From: an uncultured Micavibrio sp.
GTDB lineage: Bacteria; Patescibacteriota; Minisyncoccia; Moranbacterales; GCA-2747515
Length of the DNA: 45,946 bases
Reading direction: 5' to 3'
Assembly (NCBI GenBank): GCA_964534895.1
Contig: CAZHQB010000002.1
Span: 1 to 45,946, forward strand
Numbering within the stretch: the first letter of the stretch is position 1; every line of letters starts with the position of its first letter. Shown piece by piece: positions 42,256-45,946 of the stretch. The notes beneath the pieces are model-generated. The model did no database searches. It was not told the origin of the DNA and was given only the letters and a program-made list of their open reading frames with translations. The position numbers and the translations under genes are program-made.

Positions 42256-43638
42256 ATGGCAGAGGTAAAAACGGATATTGAAACATTTTCACGAATTAAA
42301 GTGATTGGAGTTGGAGGAGGAGGAGGGAATGCAATTTCTCGAATGATTGATGCTGATTTAAAAGGTGTCGAGTTTGTTGCAATTAATACAGACACACAAG
42401 CATTACATCATTCAAAAGCAGAAGAAAAAGTACACATAGGCAAAAGTTTAACAAAAGGACTTGGTGCTGGTATGAATCCAGAAGTTGGTCGTCAGGCTGC
42501 AGAAGAAAGTCGTGAAGAAATTCAAAATATACTTAAGGGTGCAGATATGGTTTTTGTTACTTGTGGATTGGGTGGAGGTACAGGAACAGGTGCCGCACCA
42601 GTTGTTGCCGAAACAGCAAAAGAATTAGGCATACTAACTGTTGCTGTGGTAACAAAACCGTTTTCTTTTGAAGGTGCTCGTAGACGTTCTATTGCAGAAG
42701 AGGGGTTGGCAGCGCTTAAAAAACGTGTTGATACTATTATTTCAATTCAAAATGATAAAATTCTTTCTATAATAGATAAAAAAACGAGTTTAGTTAATTC
42801 TTTTCGCATTGTTGATGATGTACTTAGACAAGGGGTACAAGGCATTTCTGATATTATATGTAATAGTAGTACAGAAAGTGTTAATGTTGATTTTAAGGAT
42901 GTGGAAACGACTATGTCGAATAGTGGTGATGCTCTCATGGGTATCGGTATAGCAACAGGAGAAAACCGTGCAGCAGAGGCAGCAAAAGCGGCAGTAAATA
43001 GTCCACTTTTAGATCTTTCAATAGATGGGGCAAGACGAGTTCTATTTAATATTACAGGAAGCAATGATATTACTATGTTTGAGGTTGAAGAAGCTTCAAA
43101 TGTTATTACTGAATCAGTAGATCCTGATGCGCGAATTATTTTTGGTACAGTTATCGACGATAAAGCAGATAAAGGAGAAATACAAATTACAGTAATAGCT
43201 ACAGGATTTGAAGATGAAAACGATATAATTGATGAATCTGTAGATAAAAAAATACATGAAGTTGAAGAATTTGCAAAAAATGGTGGTTTTGTAACTACAA
43301 CACATACACATGGAATAGTGTCACAAGAAAAATCGAAAAATATGGAATCTGAAATAAACAATAATCAGTTTGAGCGACGAAGTGTTAATATGGATACAAA
43401 ACATATAGATAGTACACAAGATGGTAATATGATAATCAGTGATGATATGCAACAAAAAACAGTAACAAAAAACACAATTCCACAGTCAAGTGTGATGAAT
43501 TCGAGGATGATTATTAATGAACCAATTAATCATAAATCAAGACCAATTACTCAATCTGCAAAAAAAATAGTTACGGATAGTGAAGAAGAAGATTTTGATA
43601 TCCCAGCTTTTATTAGAAAAAAGATGAAGAAAGAATAA
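42256..43638 (+). CDS. ftsZ: Cell division protein FtsZ
   Basis: [13 protein letters not shown] and the tubulin signature [14 protein letters not shown]. Long disordered linker, with a C-terminal peptide [11 protein letters not shown]. Confidence 0.95.
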   Translation: MAEVKTDIETFSRIKVIGVGGGGGNAISRMIDADLKGVEFVAINTDTQALHHSKAEEKVHIGKSLTKGLGAGMNPEVGRQAAEESREEIQNILKGADMVFVTCGLGGGTGTGAAPVVAETAKELGILTVAVVTKPFSFEGARRRSIAEEGLAALKKRVDTIISIQNDKILSIIDKKTSLVNSFRIVDDVLRQGVQGISDIICNSSTESVNVDFKDVETTMSNSGDALMGIGIATGENRAAEAAKAAVNSPLLDLSIDGARRVLFNITGSNDITMFEVEEASNVITESVDPDARIIFGTVIDDKADKGEIQITVIATGFEDENDIIDESVDKKIHEVEEFAKNGGFVTTTHTHGIVSQEKSKNMESEINNNQFERRSVNMDTKHIDSTQDGNMIISDDMQQKTVTKNTIPQSSVMNSRMIINEPINHKSRPITQSAKKIVTDSEEEDFDIPAFIRKKMKKE

Positions 43639-43750
43639 AAATATATTTTTTTGAAAAAATTTTATTTTATATAAAACATAAAAACCCTCAGAACGCTGCT
43701 GAGAGTTTTTATGTTTATAAAGAACAAAATGTTTTTGTATAAATACTTTT

Positions 43751-44482
43751 TTAAAAGACTGAAACGTTTTGTGCGTATTTATCGAGATTGTTTAATTGAC
43801 TGTTTGTAAGAGTTCTAGATTTTTCTATAGCAGAATTGATTAATGTATTAGAAAAATCTAGTTCTGTTCCAGAATGAATGCTAGTTGCATTAGTTGCTTT
43901 TTGAATATAATCTTCAATATAAATTTTATGAGCTGGTGTTAATCCGCTAATATTATTTGCTATCATATATTCTGCAGTAGCTTTACGTGCCATTGTTGTT
44001 TTGGAATCCCCTGGGACTGCAATTACAACAGTTACACCTTCTTTTTGTCTGGAACGTGATTCAATGACTTCTTTCACAACATTTTTTGCTGATTGCTGTT
44101 CTTGTTCTGTTATGGCTCTATTATTTTCTGTTTTTTTAGATATATTATTTCCTTCTTCTGTTGATTCCATTATTACATTTTCTGTTTGTTCTTGAACAGC
44201 TGTTGGTGTTTCTTCTTTTTTGCTAGTCGCGTCTTCTGATTCAGTGTTTGTTTTCTCTTCATCTTTGATTTCGTCAATTATTCCATTAATTTCAGTATTA
44301 TCATTATTTCCAGTTGTTGTAGCCACCTCTTCGATTTGAGAGTCATCTGCGACAATATTTGTACGAGAATTTCGTTTAGAATAAGAATATATTGCAAAAA
44401 CGAGCAGTACAACTATACCAATACTAATGATAATACGAAGATTGTCTTGAAACCAGTTTAACATACTATTTTCTTCAGTCAT
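43751..44482 (-). CDS. Hypothetical membrane-anchored protein with an acidic low-complexity linker
   Basis: RBS aaggaaggtg. One TM helix, an E/T/N-rich linker, and a C-terminal globular region. Confidence 0.5.
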   Translation of the reverse strand: MTEENSMLNWFQDNLRIIISIGIVVLLVFAIYSYSKRNSRTNIVADDSQIEEVATTTGNNDNTEINGIIDEIKDEEKTNTESEDATSKKEETPTAVQEQTENVIMESTEEGNNISKKTENNRAITEQEQQSAKNVVKEVIESRSRQKEGVTVVIAVPGDSKTTMARKATAEYMIANNISGLTPAHKIYIEDYIQKATNATSIHSGTELDFSNTLINSAIEKSRTLTNSQLNNLDKYAQNVSVF

Positions 44483-44666
44483 ATTTTCACCTTCCTTTCT
44501 AGTTTTAAATTGTTAAAAGCTTACGTTGAAGCCGTCTCTTAAAAGGAGACAACGAAATTACTCTATAATTGTACAATTATTTAAATTGTAGTCAATATAG
44601 ACAAAAGAGGTTTTTTTTGGTGTAATACATATTATTAGAAGATATATTACAATTTATTTTTATTTT

Positions 44667-45149
44667 ATGATAGAAATTTTATTATTAATAATAGTAGCAA
44701 TATTTTTTTTAGTGGGAATCGCTGGAATCATTTTGCCTGCTATTCCAAGTCTTCCTATTATATGGGTTGGTATTTTGTTATATGCTATTTTGACTGATTT
44801 TCAAAATGTTACAATTTTTATTGTTATAATTACAGGTGTCCTAACAATTATTGGCACAGCATTTGATTTTATTGCTGGAATATTTGGAGCAAGAGCTTAT
44901 GGAGCAAGTTGGGCGGGAATAATAGGCGCATTGGTTGGCAGTATTATAGGTTTTATTATATTTAATATATTGGGATTATTTGTAGGAACATTTTTTGGGG
45001 CTTTTCTAGGGGAATACTTAAAATATAAAAAAACACATCCAGCAATAAAAGCTGGAATTGGCACAATACTAGGATTTGTATTTGGAATAGTATTAAATTT
45101 TTTTATTTCTTTTTTAATGATAGGGATTTTTATTTTTTCATTTTTTTAA
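44667..45149 (+). CDS. DUF456-like membrane protein
   Basis: 160 aa with four TM helices. The IILPAIPSLPIIWVG pattern is typical of DUF456. Confidence 0.6.
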   Translation: MIEILLLIIVAIFFLVGIAGIILPAIPSLPIIWVGILLYAILTDFQNVTIFIVIITGVLTIIGTAFDFIAGIFGARAYGASWAGIIGALVGSIIGFIIFNILGLFVGTFFGAFLGEYLKYKKTHPAIKAGIGTILGFVFGIVLNFFISFLMIGIFIFSFF

Positions 45150-45433
45150 ATATGTAGATTTCTATTTTGATTTTTTAAAAAAAATGTTTTATAATAAAAA
45201 TATAAAACAAAATTATTTTTTATTTTCTTTTCTTTTGGTTTTTGATTTTTTATATTGGAGGAGGATTGAAACAACGCTTTAAATTAAATTTCAAAAGAGA
45301 GAATTTCATAAATATCATGAAATAAAAAAATAGGAAACATAGTTAAAAAATATTTTGTAAGATAAATAGATTAAAAGTCATAATTGATATAATAATCATG
45401 ACATGACAGACTAGAAAGGTAAGGTGAAAAATA

Positions 45434-45664
45434 ATGGCTAAATGTAAACCAAAAAAGAAAAAAGTTACTAAGAAAAAGGTAACGCGACGTAAAACTGCAA
45501 AGCGTAAAGTAGCAAAGAAAAAGACAACCAGAAAAAAAGTTGTACGCAAAAAGGCAAAGCGTAAAGTTGCAAAAAGAAAGACAGCAAAAAAGACACCTAG
45601 AAAAAAAACAAAAAAAACTACAAAACGTAAAGTAGTAAAACGTAAAAGAGCAAAACGTAAATAA
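45434..45664 (+). CDS. Lys/Arg-rich histone H1-like basic protein
   Basis: 76 aa composed of (K/R)K(V/T)(A/T)K(K/R)K-type repeats. RBS aaggtgaaaaataATG. Followed by a strong terminator. Confidence 0.6.
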   Translation: MAKCKPKKKKVTKKKVTRRKTAKRKVAKKKTTRKKVVRKKAKRKVAKRKTAKKTPRKKTKKTTKRKVVKRKRAKRK

Positions 45665-45683
45665 CAAAATTTGAACACAAAAT

Positions 45684-45713
45684 ACAAAACTACAGCAATG
45701 ACTGTAGTTTTGT
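45684..45713. terminator. Rho-independent terminator between convergent genes
   Basis: 12-bp stem acaaaactacag/ctgtagttttgt with loop caatga. Confidence 0.65.
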
Positions 45714-45771
45714 GTGTTAATGATTGTAAGATTTAGAAGTTGTTTTTATGTTTTTAATTTTTAAATATTCT

Positions 45772-45946
45772 TTAAAATGTCCATTTGAGCACTCTATTTT
45801 TCATAGATAAGTCTTTAAAATATCTTATATTAAAATCATTATCAGATAACTTTGAATTTAAATATTTAGTCAGTGGCTCTAATTGTTTTGAATCTATTTC
45901 ATAGAAGGAAATTATATTTATATTTTTTAGACTATTATTTGAAATG
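45772..45946 (-). CDS. 3' end of a hypothetical gene continuing beyond the window
   Basis: Minus-strand frame is open from the window edge to the stop at 45772-45774 (...ISFYEIDSKQLEPLTKYLNSKLSDNDFNIRYFKDLSMKNRVLKWTF). The start lies outside the window. Confidence 0.3.
   Translation of the reverse strand, partial: ISNNSLKNINIISFYEIDSKQLEPLTKYLNSKLSDNDFNIRYFKDLSMKNRVLKWTF

Noticed and set aside
42747-43361. 204-aa minus-strand ORF, together with 40863-41276(-), 41014-41244(-), 41873-42097(-) and 43114-43311(-).
   Set aside because: They are antisense to ftsZ and ftsA, whose identity is unambiguous. They are typical shadow ORFs.
45266-45322. An 18-codon TTG-initiated mini-ORF (MKQRFKLNFKRENFINIMK) after a GGAGGAGG motif, as a possible leader peptide upstream of the basic protein gene.
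   Set aside because: It is too short, and no attenuator-like alternative structures are visible. It cannot be supported from sequence alone.
1-45946. tRNA, rRNA, tmRNA, RNase P or riboswitch candidates in the longer intergenic gaps (717-980, 8389-8570, 22958-23151, 26750-27019, 44483-44666, 45150-45433).
   Set aside because: By eye there is no cloverleaf-compatible GC-rich segment and no conserved riboswitch core. The GC-rich patches are explained by the palindromic repeats or terminators. A covariance-model scan would be needed to be definitive.

Overview
The window is an AT-rich bacterial fragment, roughly 30% GC by eye. Genes are short, tightly packed and often overlapping, and many have strong AGGAGG ribosome-binding sites. 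Gene content suggests a small-genome Patescibacteria/CPR-like organism, but this is inference because no database search was run. No rRNA, tRNA or CRISPR array was found.

Content from left to right:
- A truncated AlkD-like DNA alkylation repair gene and a parDE toxin-antitoxin pair.
- A long cell-envelope glycosylation region (about 1.5-33.5 kb). It holds several large polytopic GT-C-like membrane proteins, a DUF2079 protein, a Wzx-like flippase, an O-antigen-ligase-like protein, five GT4 and two GT2 glycosyltransferases, a nucleotide-sugar dehydrogenase and an LCP protein.
- This region is interrupted by a metal ABC importer, an RtcB RNA ligase, a RAYT (HUH/Y1) transposase and several operons of small unknown proteins.
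- A housekeeping block follows: CIRCE-regulated groES, an HD hydrolase, lepB, hisS, a HIT protein, rpsU, yqeY, ybeY, dgkA, ftsA and ftsZ.
- The window ends with a DUF456 protein and a lysine-rich histone-like protein.

The most unusual signal is a set of three families of GC-rich perfect or near-perfect palindromes. Two families begin with GTAG, as classical REP elements do. Their stems show compensatory substitutions between copies. They bracket and sit inside the RAYT gene, and five of the twelve copies are translated in frame inside otherwise ordinary protein genes.

Secondary candidates:
- A radical SAM enzyme with a GDGT-MAS/Tes-like N-terminal architecture, in an operon with an ICMT-type methyltransferase and an Lgt-like enzyme.
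- A five-gene operon of small unknown proteins that contains a frame-broken tandem duplication.
- A lysine-rich N-terminal extension on HisRS.
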